64,000 nucleotides of DNA from a bacterium UBP2_UBA5202 (GTDB lineage Bacteria; Edwardsbacteria; AC1; EtOH8), in the NCBI GenBank assembly GCA_002412795.1, contig DHVS01000038.1:4-64003 (forward strand). The letters run 5' to 3'. Of the stretch, positions 44,479-54,498 are shown in pieces. Under the pieces are notes generated by a model, which did not search any database, was not told the origin of the DNA, and saw nothing but the letters and a program-made list of their open reading frames with translations. Position 1 is the first letter of the stretch. Each line of letters opens with the position of its first letter. The translations under genes and the position numbers were made by a program.

Positions 44479-46446
44479 ATGAGCTCAAAGTTAAATCCGC
44501 AGGACAACTACCGGGCCACCCTGGCCTCCACCGGCTATGTTCCGATCAAACAGGCCACCCAGGCCACCTACGACGCCATCGGCTTCATGTCGGGGCTGGA
44601 GGTGCACCAGCAGCTGCTGACCGACCAGAAGCTGTTCTGCCGCTGTCCGGCCGGGCGCTTCCAGAAGTCAGACGACTACGACGCCGAGATCGTCCGCCAC
44701 ATGCGGCCCACCCTTTCGGAGCTGGGGGAATACGACGGCACCGCTTTGATGGAGTTCCGGACCCGGAAGAACATAGTCTACCGCATCAAGAGCCCCACCG
44801 CCTGCACCTACGAGGTGGACGACACCCCGCCCTTCCCCCTGAACCGTCAGGCGCTGGAGATCGCCATCGAGATCGCCCTGCTTTCCAAGCTGAACCTGGT
44901 GGGCGAGGTCCACATCGCCCGCAAGCAGTACCTGGACGGCAGCATCCCCACCGGGTTCCAACGCACCGCCATCATCGGGGTGGAGGGCTCGATCCCGCTG
45001 AAGCACAAGAAGGTCCGCCTGATCCAGCTGTCGCTGGAGGAGGACTCCTGCCGCGAGGTCTCCGACATCGGCCACCTCCGGATCTACCGCACCGACCGGC
45101 TGGGGATGCCGCTGATAGAGACCGTGACCTATCCCGACATGAAGAACCCGGACGAGGTGAAGGAGGCCTGCGACTACATCCGCTTTTTGAACCGCAGCAC
45201 CGGCAAGGTCCGCACCGGCATCGGGGCGGCCCGCCAGGACGTCAACGTCTCCTGCCGGGGCGGCACCCGGGTGGAGCTGAAGGGCGTCTCCCACACCAAG
45301 TGGATACCGCTTTTGACCCACAATGAATGCTTCCGCCAGTGGGCCCTGCTGAACATCCGTGATCTGCTCAAGAACAAGGTGAAACAGCCCAAGGACTGGA
45401 AGATGGCTTCCGAGCCGCTGAAACCCGTATCCGGAAAGCTGGAGAGCCCCCGGGCCAGGGAGCTTTTCAGCAACGGGAACAAGGTAATGGCGGTGAACCT
45501 GCCGGGGTTCCACGGCATCCTGTCGCATTTCACCCAGCCGGGCAAATGCTTCGCCGATGATTTCTCGGAACGGCTGAAGGTGATCGCCTGCATCGAAAAA
45601 CCGAACATGACCAGCTCCGAGGCGCTGGAGCCGGTGCTTTCGGACAAAGACTGGGACCAGGTCCGGACCCTGCTCCGATCTTCTGACAACGACGCCCAGC
45701 TGGTGTTCTGGGGGCCGGAGGACGACATCAAGACCGCTTTGGAGACCATCGAGGAACGCTGCAAAATGGCCTTTGCCGGGGTTCCCAACGAGACCAGAAA
45801 AACATTCGAGGACGGGAGCACCATCTTCGAGCGGGTGCTGCCCGGGGCCGACCGGATGTACCCCGACACCGATTCCAAGCCCATCCCGCTGGATGATTCC
45901 CGGATCGAGGAGATCAGGAAGGGCGTGCCCACCGAGGTGGCCGACCGCTACCGGCAGTTAAAGGACTGGGGCGTGCCGGAGGATTGCTATACCTACCTCT
46001 TCGTCCGCAACCTGTATCCGGTGATCGAGAAGATAGTCAAAGAGCTGGGGCAGGATCCCAAGACCGTGGGCGGCGTGTTTGGACATCTTTTGAGGAATAT
46101 CGAGGGGCATTACAAAAAATCTCCGGACTTCACTTACGACCGCATCTACGATCTCTATAAATATATAGTTGACGGCAAGCTGGATGGGGAGATAGTCAAA
46201 ACCATGCTGCCGGTGGTCTACCAGTATCCCAAGATGGACTTTGATTCGGTGCTGGTGAACCTTGAATTCAAGCGGTTCTCCAAGGAGGAGATAGTTTCCA
46301 AGATCCAGTTCTTGAAAGACAAATACAAAAGCATCAGGACATCGAAAGATCCACTGGCGGAAAAGCATTGGATAATGGGGCAGTTGAGGAAACCGGCATT
46401 GGGGAACCTTAAGCTGGCCGAACTTTGGAATATGATCAAAGACTAA
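44479..46446 (+). CDS. gatE: Archaeal-type Glu-tRNA(Gln) amidotransferase subunit E (GatE)
   Basis: GLEVHQQL...KLFCRCP N-terminal motif of the GatB/E family. The 655-aa length with an inserted domain matches GatE, and the next gene is the asparaginase-like GatD. Confidence 0.7.
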   Translation: MSSKLNPQDNYRATLASTGYVPIKQATQATYDAIGFMSGLEVHQQLLTDQKLFCRCPAGRFQKSDDYDAEIVRHMRPTLSELGEYDGTALMEFRTRKNIVYRIKSPTACTYEVDDTPPFPLNRQALEIAIEIALLSKLNLVGEVHIARKQYLDGSIPTGFQRTAIIGVEGSIPLKHKKVRLIQLSLEEDSCREVSDIGHLRIYRTDRLGMPLIETVTYPDMKNPDEVKEACDYIRFLNRSTGKVRTGIGAARQDVNVSCRGGTRVELKGVSHTKWIPLLTHNECFRQWALLNIRDLLKNKVKQPKDWKMASEPLKPVSGKLESPRARELFSNGNKVMAVNLPGFHGILSHFTQPGKCFADDFSERLKVIACIEKPNMTSSEALEPVLSDKDWDQVRTLLRSSDNDAQLVFWGPEDDIKTALETIEERCKMAFAGVPNETRKTFEDGSTIFERVLPGADRMYPDTDSKPIPLDDSRIEEIRKGVPTEVADRYRQLKDWGVPEDCYTYLFVRNLYPVIEKIVKELGQDPKTVGGVFGHLLRNIEGHYKKSPDFTYDRIYDLYKYIVDGKLDGEIVKTMLPVVYQYPKMDFDSVLVNLEFKRFSKEEIVSKIQFLKDKYKSIRTSKDPLAEKHWIMGQLRKPALGNLKLAELWNMIKD

Positions 46447-46492
46447 GGCCAATAAAGTAAACCTGAAAACAGCAATTGAGAACCAGACGATA

Positions 46493-47878
46493 ATGAACGA
46501 CGATTTATTCCAAGGCTACAAAGGCGGGGGGCTGGAGGTCCTCAAGAAACACAACGTCCGGGTGTGGGGCCAGGCCGAAGTGCTTACCAGCCGCGGGCCC
46601 TTCAAGGGCACGGTACTGCCCCGGGCCGACCAGGACGACGACCAGCACATAGTGCTGAAGATCGCCACCGGCTACAACGTGGGCATAGACATCAAGACCA
46701 TCACCGGGATGACCGAGACCGGCTACAAGAAAGCCAACTACAAGATCCCGGAGAAGGAGTTCCCCATCACCCCGGGCCTGCCCAAGGTCAAGCTGCTGGG
46801 GACCGGGGGCACCATCGCCAGCCGGCTGGACTACCGCACCGGCGCGGTGATCCCGGCCTTCACTCCGGGCGAGCTTTACGGTGCGGTGCCGGAGCTGGCC
46901 GACATCTGCAACCTGAGCACCGAAAAATTGTTCGCGGTCTTTTCCGAGAACATGGGGCCGGAGCAGTACAAGAAGCTGGCGGTGGCTATCGGCAAGGAGA
47001 TCGAGAACGGGATCGACGGCATCGTGATCGGCCACGGCACCGACACCCTGCACTACACCGCGGCCGCCCTGACCTACATGGTCCAAAACCCCCCGGTACC
47101 GATCGTTTTGGTGGGCTCCCAGCGCTCCTCCGACCGCCCCAGCTCCGATGCCGCCCTGAACCTGATGCATGCCACCACCGCCGCTGGGCACGGGGACATC
47201 GCAGAGGTGATGGTCTGCATGTTCGGCCCCACCTCGGATGAATACGGCTTTTTGCACCGGGGCACCCGGGTCCGCAAGATGCACTCCTCCTACCGTTCCA
47301 CCTTCCGCACCATCGGGGATACCCCGCTGGCCACGGTCACCCGCCAGGGGGTCAAGCCCATCAAGCAGGATTACCATCCCCGGCGCAAGGACCGGAACGT
47401 CAAGATCATGCCCTACTTCGAGGAGAAGGTGGGGATGATCTACTACTATACCAACATGCAGCCGGACATGATAGATTCCATGGTGGACAACGGCTACAAG
47501 GGGATCATCATTATCGGCACCGGATTGGGGCACGTCAACAAGCCGCTGTACCCGGCCATCGAGCGGGCGGTGAAAAAGGGCGTAGCCATTTACATGACGG
47601 TCCAGACCCTGTGGGGCTATGTTCACATGTTCGTCTACGACACCGGCCGCGACCTGATGGCCCAGGGGGTGGTGCCGGCCGAAAACATGCTGCCCGAGGC
47701 GGCCTACATCAAGTTAGGCTGGGCGCTGGGGCAGACCTCGGATCTGGAGAAGGTCCGGGAAATAATGATGACGCCCATCAACGACGAGACCACGCCCCGG
47801 GAACCGTACAACGGGTATTTGATCTACCAGGGCGGGGTGCCCGAGGTGGAGGAGTTCATCAAAAAGGTACACAAGTAA
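46493..47878 (+). CDS. gatD: Archaeal-type Glu-tRNA(Gln) amidotransferase subunit D (GatD), asparaginase fold
   Basis: L-asparaginase motifs (GTGGTIAS, HGTDTL) preceded by the N-terminal extension typical of GatD. Confidence 0.75.
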   Translation: MNDDLFQGYKGGGLEVLKKHNVRVWGQAEVLTSRGPFKGTVLPRADQDDDQHIVLKIATGYNVGIDIKTITGMTETGYKKANYKIPEKEFPITPGLPKVKLLGTGGTIASRLDYRTGAVIPAFTPGELYGAVPELADICNLSTEKLFAVFSENMGPEQYKKLAVAIGKEIENGIDGIVIGHGTDTLHYTAAALTYMVQNPPVPIVLVGSQRSSDRPSSDAALNLMHATTAAGHGDIAEVMVCMFGPTSDEYGFLHRGTRVRKMHSSYRSTFRTIGDTPLATVTRQGVKPIKQDYHPRRKDRNVKIMPYFEEKVGMIYYYTNMQPDMIDSMVDNGYKGIIIIGTGLGHVNKPLYPAIERAVKKGVAIYMTVQTLWGYVHMFVYDTGRDLMAQGVVPAENMLPEAAYIKLGWALGQTSDLEKVREIMMTPINDETTPREPYNGYLIYQGGVPEVEEFIKKVHK

Positions 47879-47900
47879 TCTGTTTATAATTTATCGTTTT

Positions 47901-48509
47901 ATGCAAAATACGGAAATGATATTGTTCAAGATTGCTGGTGCAGTGTTAAGCACAGCAGTGATATTCACATTCGGTTATTTAATCAGGAATGATTTCAAAC
48001 ACATGTCAATGATGAGGCCTGAAAAAGATATCCTGATTAAAACAACGCCAGATATGCCTTGGACATATATTATTGTTATTGCTGCTCCTATTCTCTATTT
48101 ATGGTATATAGTTGGACCTTGGGAATATCAATATCTGCTTCTAATTCTCTGCGGGTTCCTAGTTCTGATAACATTATTTGGGTATATCATACTGCGCAAT
48201 ACTAAGAACAGTTTAAACAATAAATACCTCGCATTGTGTTTGCAAAAAGGTGTAACCTTTATTCCCGCTGGACTGAATAGTAAACCAGTGATCAAAGATA
48301 AACCCTGGTGTGATGGACGCTATCAAGACGCGCTATTTGTTGGCACACAAGGGGCAACTGATGATGCTTTTCGGCAATACGAAACAAAGGAAAACAGTCG
48401 ACCGCAGGTTGCCAAAGGCCTTTTACTGGTTATTGGCATATGTATTTTTATGTACATTCTTTGGCTTGTCGCACAAATCCTGGCATTTGGAAAGATACTC
48501 GAAAGGTGA
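47901..48509 (+). CDS. AT-rich hypothetical membrane protein
   Basis: Several predicted TM helices. The gene is low-GC. Confidence 0.4.
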   Translation: MQNTEMILFKIAGAVLSTAVIFTFGYLIRNDFKHMSMMRPEKDILIKTTPDMPWTYIIVIAAPILYLWYIVGPWEYQYLLLILCGFLVLITLFGYIILRNTKNSLNNKYLALCLQKGVTFIPAGLNSKPVIKDKPWCDGRYQDALFVGTQGATDDAFRQYETKENSRPQVAKGLLLVIGICIFMYILWLVAQILAFGKILER

Positions 48510-48598
48510 TATACAAAATATGCTATGAAGCCTCGTTAACACGAGGCTTTTAATTTATTCATCAAAGCTAAAATTCCTAATCAACAATTAATAAAAAC

Positions 48599-50245
48599 AT
48601 GGCAACTCAGAATAGAATCTCATTTATAGTAGACGGCTGGCACCCCTATGCCTGGCTGGCGGCGGCAGGCTTTGCGCTGTACGCCCAGACCCTGTTCTTC
48701 GGGCTTAGCGGCTACGACGACACCCTGCTGATCACCAAACATTTTTACCTGATCAAGGACATCACCAAGGTCCCGGCGGCCTTTCTGAACGACGTGGCCT
48801 GGGGCCAAAGCCAGCAGTTCTACCGGCCGGTGCTGACGCTGTCCTTCATGTTCAATGCCATCCTGGGCGGAAAGAACATCTGGTTCTATCACCTGACCAA
48901 TGTGTTGATGCACCTGGGCTCCATCCTGCTGGTATTCTGGCTGCTCAAAAAACTGACCGGAGGGCGTGGTTCTGCTTTCGTGCTGGCACTGCTCTTTGCC
49001 GTCCACCCGGCCCTGGCTCCGGCGGCGGCCTGGCTGCCGGGGCGCAACGACCCACTGCTGGGGCTTTTCATTTTTAGCTCGCTGGCGGCCCTGGTTCGCT
49101 ACCGGGAAAAGGAGACTTTGGGGTGGTACGCCCTGCATCTGTTCCTGTTCCTGGGCGCACTGTTCACCAAGGAGACCTCGACGGCCATCCCGGCGGTTTT
49201 CATTATGTTCCTTTTACTGGTTTACGGCCAACAGAAGGCAAAACCATACATTATTCTGGCTGCCGGCTGGCTGGCCTGTCTGGCCGGGTATTTCAGCCTA
49301 AGGCTCTCGGTGCTGCCCCGGGTGCCACCGGTGATGAACACCGCTTCCGAGAACGCGCTGGGCCTGCTGGGGTACCTCGGCAAGCTGATATTTCCGGCAA
49401 ACCTCTCAGTGATGCCCCTGCCCCAGGATACCCATTGGTTCTTTGGAACGGCGGCCCTGGGTTTGTTCACCGCCCTGTTCGCGCTGAAAGGCATCCGGAG
49501 CAAGGGGATATTCCTGGCCGGCCTGGTCTGGTTCGGGGTGTTCCTGGTCCCCACCGTCTTCAGGATCACCGATTTTGCCAACATGCTGGAACACAGGCTG
49601 TACGTGCCTTTCCTGGGACTCTTGCTGATCGTTTCCCAGGCGGAGGCGATTTACAGTTATAAAAAAACCTTTTTGTCCTTGGCCGCCGGGCTGTTCATCG
49701 TCTTCAGTTTATTCTCCGTCCGGCACAGCCGGGACTTTAAGGACCCGCTGTCCTTCTGGCAGAACGCGGTTAAGACCTCGCCCCACTGTTCGCTGGCCCA
49801 CCGGTCACTGGGAATGATGTATATTAACCAGAAGGATCCGGGCGGGGCGGCCGCACAGTTCCAGGCGGGTTTAAGATACGACCCCAAAAACCCCGGGCTG
49901 TTGAACGGCCTGGCGCTGTCATATTTGGACATGGGAAAGGTCGAACCTGCCATACAGTTATTCAAGGAAGCGATACAAACAGAGCCAGGCAATCCCTTCA
50001 GCCACGATAATCTGGGGACAGCATGGCTTAGGGCCGGGAACACGGCGGAGGCCGGGAAAGAATACCGGCAGGCGTTCCTGCTGAAACCGGACGACCCGAT
50101 GATAATGGTCAATTTTTCCTATGCCCACTATCTGCTGAAGGATATTGACTCGGCATCTTACTATTACGAACTGGCGTTGAGGAACGGGCTGGTCAGGGAT
50201 GCAGGGATAGAGGGAAGGCTGAAGGGTGCGGGTGTTCTAAAATAA
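48599..50245 (+). CDS. TMTC-like protein (DUF1736 multi-TM domain plus C-terminal TPR repeats), putative protein O-mannosyltransferase-like
   Basis: An N-terminal polytopic domain of about 400 aa followed by TPR motifs (AHRSLGMMYINQKD..., LKPDDP). Confidence 0.6.
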   Translation: MATQNRISFIVDGWHPYAWLAAAGFALYAQTLFFGLSGYDDTLLITKHFYLIKDITKVPAAFLNDVAWGQSQQFYRPVLTLSFMFNAILGGKNIWFYHLTNVLMHLGSILLVFWLLKKLTGGRGSAFVLALLFAVHPALAPAAAWLPGRNDPLLGLFIFSSLAALVRYREKETLGWYALHLFLFLGALFTKETSTAIPAVFIMFLLLVYGQQKAKPYIILAAGWLACLAGYFSLRLSVLPRVPPVMNTASENALGLLGYLGKLIFPANLSVMPLPQDTHWFFGTAALGLFTALFALKGIRSKGIFLAGLVWFGVFLVPTVFRITDFANMLEHRLYVPFLGLLLIVSQAEAIYSYKKTFLSLAAGLFIVFSLFSVRHSRDFKDPLSFWQNAVKTSPHCSLAHRSLGMMYINQKDPGGAAAQFQAGLRYDPKNPGLLNGLALSYLDMGKVEPAIQLFKEAIQTEPGNPFSHDNLGTAWLRAGNTAEAGKEYRQAFLLKPDDPMIMVNFSYAHYLLKDIDSASYYYELALRNGLVRDAGIEGRLKGAGVLK

Positions 50246-50430
50246 ATGATGTCATTAGGCAAAGCCGGTCTGACGACCGGTTTTTTTTATTCCCCCCCCC
50301 AATACCTCTTAAAAATATATTCAATAAATTGCTTGCTTAAAACAGCTTATTGATATAAAATATACTGTTAGACTCCGTAACTCCGCCTGCATAAAAATCC
50401 CAAAATATACCCCAAACAAGGAGGTATCCC

Positions 50431-52101
50431 ATGCCGCCAGCCAGAAAAAAACCGGGGCTTTTGCCGGCCAGGCCCGCCAGGGCCGCGCTGCTGCCCACCG
50501 CCAAGAGCGAGCTCTCCAGCCTTAAGATGAAGCTCAAGGTGCTCCAGCGGGTCAACGAGATCGCCGCCAGCACCTTCGACGTCCAGCCCCTGCTGGACCG
50601 GGCCATGGACCTGGTGACCGAGATCGCCCCCTCGGAAGCCGGGTCGCTGCTGCTGCTGTCCTCCGACCGCAGCTACCTGAAATTCTCCATCGTCAAGGGG
50701 CCGGCCGCCCACAAACTGGAGGGACTGGAGATCCCGGTGGGGCAGGGCATCGCCGGCTGGGTGGCCAAGACCGGGATCCCGCTGACGGTCAATGACGTTC
50801 AGAGCGAGCCCAAGTGGAAGAAGGAGATTGCCGACAACGTGGATTTCCCCACCCGGAGCATCCTCTGCGTCCCCCTGAAATCCAGGGCCGAGGTGATCGG
50901 GGTGGTGGAGCTGATCAACAAGCTGAGGGGCGAGGATTACAACGACGACGACCTGGAGATCATCGAACTATTAGGCGCCCATCTTTCCACCCTGATCGAG
51001 AACAGCCGGCTCTATTCCGAGGCCCGGGAGAAGGTGGAGAGGATCACCGCCATGGCCGAGACCAGCGCCCTGATCTCCTCGTCGCTGGACGTCAAGCGGG
51101 TGCTGGAGACGGTGATGACGGTGGCCAAGGACGTGATCGACGCCGAGGCCTCCTCCATCTTCTTGTACAACGAGGAGAAGAACGACTTCTATTTTGAGAT
51201 AGCCACCGGCGACGCCGGCGATGCGGTCAAGCAGATCCGGGTGCCCTGGGGCAAGGGGATGGTGGGCTGGGCGGCCGAGCACATGCAGACCCTGCTGGTC
51301 CCCGACGTCACCAAGGACCCCCGGTTCTATGCCAAGGTGGACGAGAAATCGAAGTTCCAGACCCGCAACGCCATCACCGTTCCCTTAAAGCCCAAGAACA
51401 AGCTGATCGGGGTGGCCCAGGTGCTCAATAAAAAGGGCGGGCTGTTCACCCGCGAGGATGTGGAGCTGTTCGAGACTTTGGCCCGCCAGGCGGCGGTGGC
51501 CATCGAGAACGCCAGCCTTTACACCGATCTCCAGGAGCTGTTCCTGAACTCCATCCGGACGGTGGTTTCGCTGATCGACGCCAAGGACGACTACACCGCC
51601 GGCCATTCCTCCCGGGTCACCAAGTATTCCATGATGATCGCCGACCAGCTGGGCTTTTCGGCCGAGGACCGCAAGCGGCTGGAGCTGGCGGCCCTGCTGC
51701 ACGACGTGGGCAAGATCGGGATGCCGGATGCCATCCTCAAGAAACCGTCGGGGCTGACCCCCGAGGAATTCGCCATAGTCAAGGACCATCCCAACAAGGG
51801 GGCCGAGGCGCTGGAGCCCATCAAGCAGATGAAGGACATCATCCCCGGGGTGCGCCACCACCACGAGAAGCTGGACGGACGGGGCTACCCGGCCGGGCTG
51901 GCCGGCGACCAGGTGCCGATGGACGCCCAGATCATCTGCGTGGGGGATTCCTACGACGCCATGAACTCCGACCGTCCCTATAGAAAAGGCCTGGGGATGG
52001 AGGAATCGGTCAAACGCCTGCGCCAGGATTCCGGGACCCAGTTCAACCCGGCCCTGGTGGAGGCCTTCGTCAAAGCTTTGGAGAAGGAGGCAAAAAAATG
52101 A
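50431..52101 (+). CDS. Tandem GAF domains fused to an HD-GYP phosphodiesterase
   Basis: HDVGKIG ... HHEKLDGRGYP motifs. There is a strong AAGGAGG RBS. Confidence 0.8.
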   Translation: MPPARKKPGLLPARPARAALLPTAKSELSSLKMKLKVLQRVNEIAASTFDVQPLLDRAMDLVTEIAPSEAGSLLLLSSDRSYLKFSIVKGPAAHKLEGLEIPVGQGIAGWVAKTGIPLTVNDVQSEPKWKKEIADNVDFPTRSILCVPLKSRAEVIGVVELINKLRGEDYNDDDLEIIELLGAHLSTLIENSRLYSEAREKVERITAMAETSALISSSLDVKRVLETVMTVAKDVIDAEASSIFLYNEEKNDFYFEIATGDAGDAVKQIRVPWGKGMVGWAAEHMQTLLVPDVTKDPRFYAKVDEKSKFQTRNAITVPLKPKNKLIGVAQVLNKKGGLFTREDVELFETLARQAAVAIENASLYTDLQELFLNSIRTVVSLIDAKDDYTAGHSSRVTKYSMMIADQLGFSAEDRKRLELAALLHDVGKIGMPDAILKKPSGLTPEEFAIVKDHPNKGAEALEPIKQMKDIIPGVRHHHEKLDGRGYPAGLAGDQVPMDAQIICVGDSYDAMNSDRPYRKGLGMEESVKRLRQDSGTQFNPALVEAFVKALEKEAKK

Positions 52102-54374
52102 GCGAGGCCAACCGCAGCAAGAAATCAGTGGGGGCCCTGGTGGGGATCGGGGTGGTGGCCGCGGTGCTGGCCATCTCCTATCTGGTGCCGGGCCTGTTCC
52201 AGGGGATGGAGAACAAGAGCTACGACCTGCGCTACCGTTTAAGGGTGGGGCAGACCAACGAACAGGACATAGAGGACGTGGTGATCGTGGACATAGACGA
52301 TACCTCGCTTTACCAGCTGGGCCGCTTCCAGAACTGGCCCCGGCTGTACCATGCCAAGGTGGCCGATTACCTGGCCCAGGGCGGGGCGTTGGCGGTGGCC
52401 TTCGACATCTTCTTCGTGGAGAGCGACAGCCTAAAGCCGGAGATGGTCCAGCTGTACCAGGATGCCAAGGGGGAGCAGATCAGGGAAAAACTTTTACAGA
52501 GCAAGCCCTTTAAGCCGGCGGCCGAAAACACCCCGGAGCTGATCAGCACCGTGCTGGAGAGCTGGGGCTACGACCAGGATTTTGGGGCGGCCACCGCCCA
52601 GGCCGGCATAGCCTACTTCCCCTTCTATTTCACCACCGGCAAGCTTAAGGACAGCTCGGATCTGACGGCCCGGCAATGGTCCTATGCCCTTTCTCCGGCG
52701 GCCACCGAAAAATACCAGTACATCAAATCACAGGGCGACCTTTACCAGGTGGGGCAGATGACCGCGCCGATACCGGTGCTGCTGGGTTCGGCCCGGGGAA
52801 CGGGGTACTACAACATCGAGCCCGATGACGACGGGGTGGCCCGGAGGCAGCCGTTGTTCCTGGCCCTGGGAGGCCGCTCTTATCCCTCGATGGACTTTCA
52901 GATAGTGTTGGATAAACTGGGGGTCAAGAAGGAAGATGTCACTGTGGAACTGGGCAAGTACATCAAGGCCGGTGACAAGCTGAATATTCCGGTGGATAAG
53001 GACGGGCGGACCCTGATCACCTATTTCGGGCAGTTCAAGAAATTCCGCTACATCTCCTACTCCGACGTGCTGACCGAGCAGGTGCCGGCCGAGTATTTCA
53101 AGGACAAGATAGTGATTGTCGGAGCCACCGCCGCCGGACTGATGGACCTGCGGGTGGTGCCGTTCTCCAACGTCTTTCCCGGGCCGGAGATCCACGCCAA
53201 CATAATGCAGACCCTGCTGACCGGAAAATTCGTGCAAGTTGTTCCCTGGCACATCCAGCTGGTCATTTTGGTGCTGATCGGGCTGTTGACGGTGTTCGTC
53301 TCCCTGCATTTCAAGCCGTTGGTGGCCGGATTGGTCCTGTCCGGGATGGTGGTGGCCTATTTCGTCACCGCCACTGTGATGTTCGACAAATCGCTGATCT
53401 GGGTGGAGATGGTGCGGCCCCTGGCGGTGGTGCTGTTCACCAACATGGCCATCCTGGGCTACCGCTACCTGACCGAGGAAAAGCAGAAGGTCTGGATCAA
53501 GAACATGTTCCAGGGCTACATGTCCAAGGATCTGGTGGACAAGATCATGGCCAACCCCGACATGCTGCTGATGGGCGGAGACAAGAAGGAGGTCACCGTC
53601 TTTTTCTCGGACATCAAGGGCTTCTCCTCGTTCTCCGAAAAACTGGGGACCCCGGAACGCCTGATCGCCCTGATCAACGAATACCTGGGGGCCATGTCCG
53701 ACGTGGTGCTGGAATACGGCGGCTATATCAGCAAGTACGAGGGCGACGCCATCATGGCCTTCTGGGGCGCCCCCACCGACGACCCCAGGCACGCCGAGAC
53801 CTGCATCAAGTGCGTCTGGGCCATGAACCAGCGCCTGCAGACACTCAACGCCGACCTGGCCAAGCGCAACATGCCAAATCTTTTCACCCGGTTCGGGATG
53901 AACACCGGCATGGTGACCGTGGGCAACGTGGGCTCGGAAAAGAAGAAGAGCTACACCGCCATGGGCGATTCCATCAACCTGGGCTCGCGGCTGGAGGGGG
54001 CCAACAAGGAATACGGCACGGCCATCATGATGTCGGAGTTCACCTACGCCAAGGTCAAGGGCCTGTACCCGGTGCGGGAGCTGGACATGCTGAGGGTGGT
54101 GGGCAAGGAACAGCCGGTGCGGGTCTACGAGCTGCTGGGGCTGTCCGAGGCCGACGTCAGCGAAAAGAAAAAGAAGGCGGTGGAGATCTACCTGAAGGGC
54201 CTGGAGCTCTATCGTTCCAAGCAGTGGGACCAGGCCGAGGCCGTGTTCCGGCAGGCTTTGGAAGTGGACCCCGACGACGGGCCCAGCCAGGCATACATCG
54301 ACCGCTGCGAGGACTTCAAGGTGCTGCCGCCGCCGGAGAACTGGGACGGAGTGTTCGTGATGAAGACGAAATAG
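52098..54374 (+). CDS. CHASE2-sensor class III adenylate/guanylate cyclase with a C-terminal TPR-like region
   Basis: ATGA overlap with the HD-GYP gene. Periplasmic CHASE2 domain, TM helices, and a cyclase core (VTVFFSDIKGFSSFSE...GDAIMAFWGAP). Confidence 0.8.
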   Translation: MSEANRSKKSVGALVGIGVVAAVLAISYLVPGLFQGMENKSYDLRYRLRVGQTNEQDIEDVVIVDIDDTSLYQLGRFQNWPRLYHAKVADYLAQGGALAVAFDIFFVESDSLKPEMVQLYQDAKGEQIREKLLQSKPFKPAAENTPELISTVLESWGYDQDFGAATAQAGIAYFPFYFTTGKLKDSSDLTARQWSYALSPAATEKYQYIKSQGDLYQVGQMTAPIPVLLGSARGTGYYNIEPDDDGVARRQPLFLALGGRSYPSMDFQIVLDKLGVKKEDVTVELGKYIKAGDKLNIPVDKDGRTLITYFGQFKKFRYISYSDVLTEQVPAEYFKDKIVIVGATAAGLMDLRVVPFSNVFPGPEIHANIMQTLLTGKFVQVVPWHIQLVILVLIGLLTVFVSLHFKPLVAGLVLSGMVVAYFVTATVMFDKSLIWVEMVRPLAVVLFTNMAILGYRYLTEEKQKVWIKNMFQGYMSKDLVDKIMANPDMLLMGGDKKEVTVFFSDIKGFSSFSEKLGTPERLIALINEYLGAMSDVVLEYGGYISKYEGDAIMAFWGAPTDDPRHAETCIKCVWAMNQRLQTLNADLAKRNMPNLFTRFGMNTGMVTVGNVGSEKKKSYTAMGDSINLGSRLEGANKEYGTAIMMSEFTYAKVKGLYPVRELDMLRVVGKEQPVRVYELLGLSEADVSEKKKKAVEIYLKGLELYRSKQWDQAEAVFRQALEVDPDDGPSQAYIDRCEDFKVLPPPENWDGVFVMKTK

Positions 54375-54498
54375 GTATTATTAGCCACGTCCTTCCTCCT
54401 ACGCTAAAGCTTCCGCCTTCGCACCTGCTACGGCGGACAGGTCGGCGGATAAACAAGGGCTGGGCTATTAAAGAACGATCATATCAGTTTAATAATAA

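Noticed and set aside
44668-47626. Minus-strand ORFs of 286, 252 and 373 aa
   Set aside because: They are antisense to gatE and gatD, which have strong family motifs.
52728-53792. 354-aa minus-strand ORF
   Set aside because: It is antisense to the CHASE2 cyclase gene.
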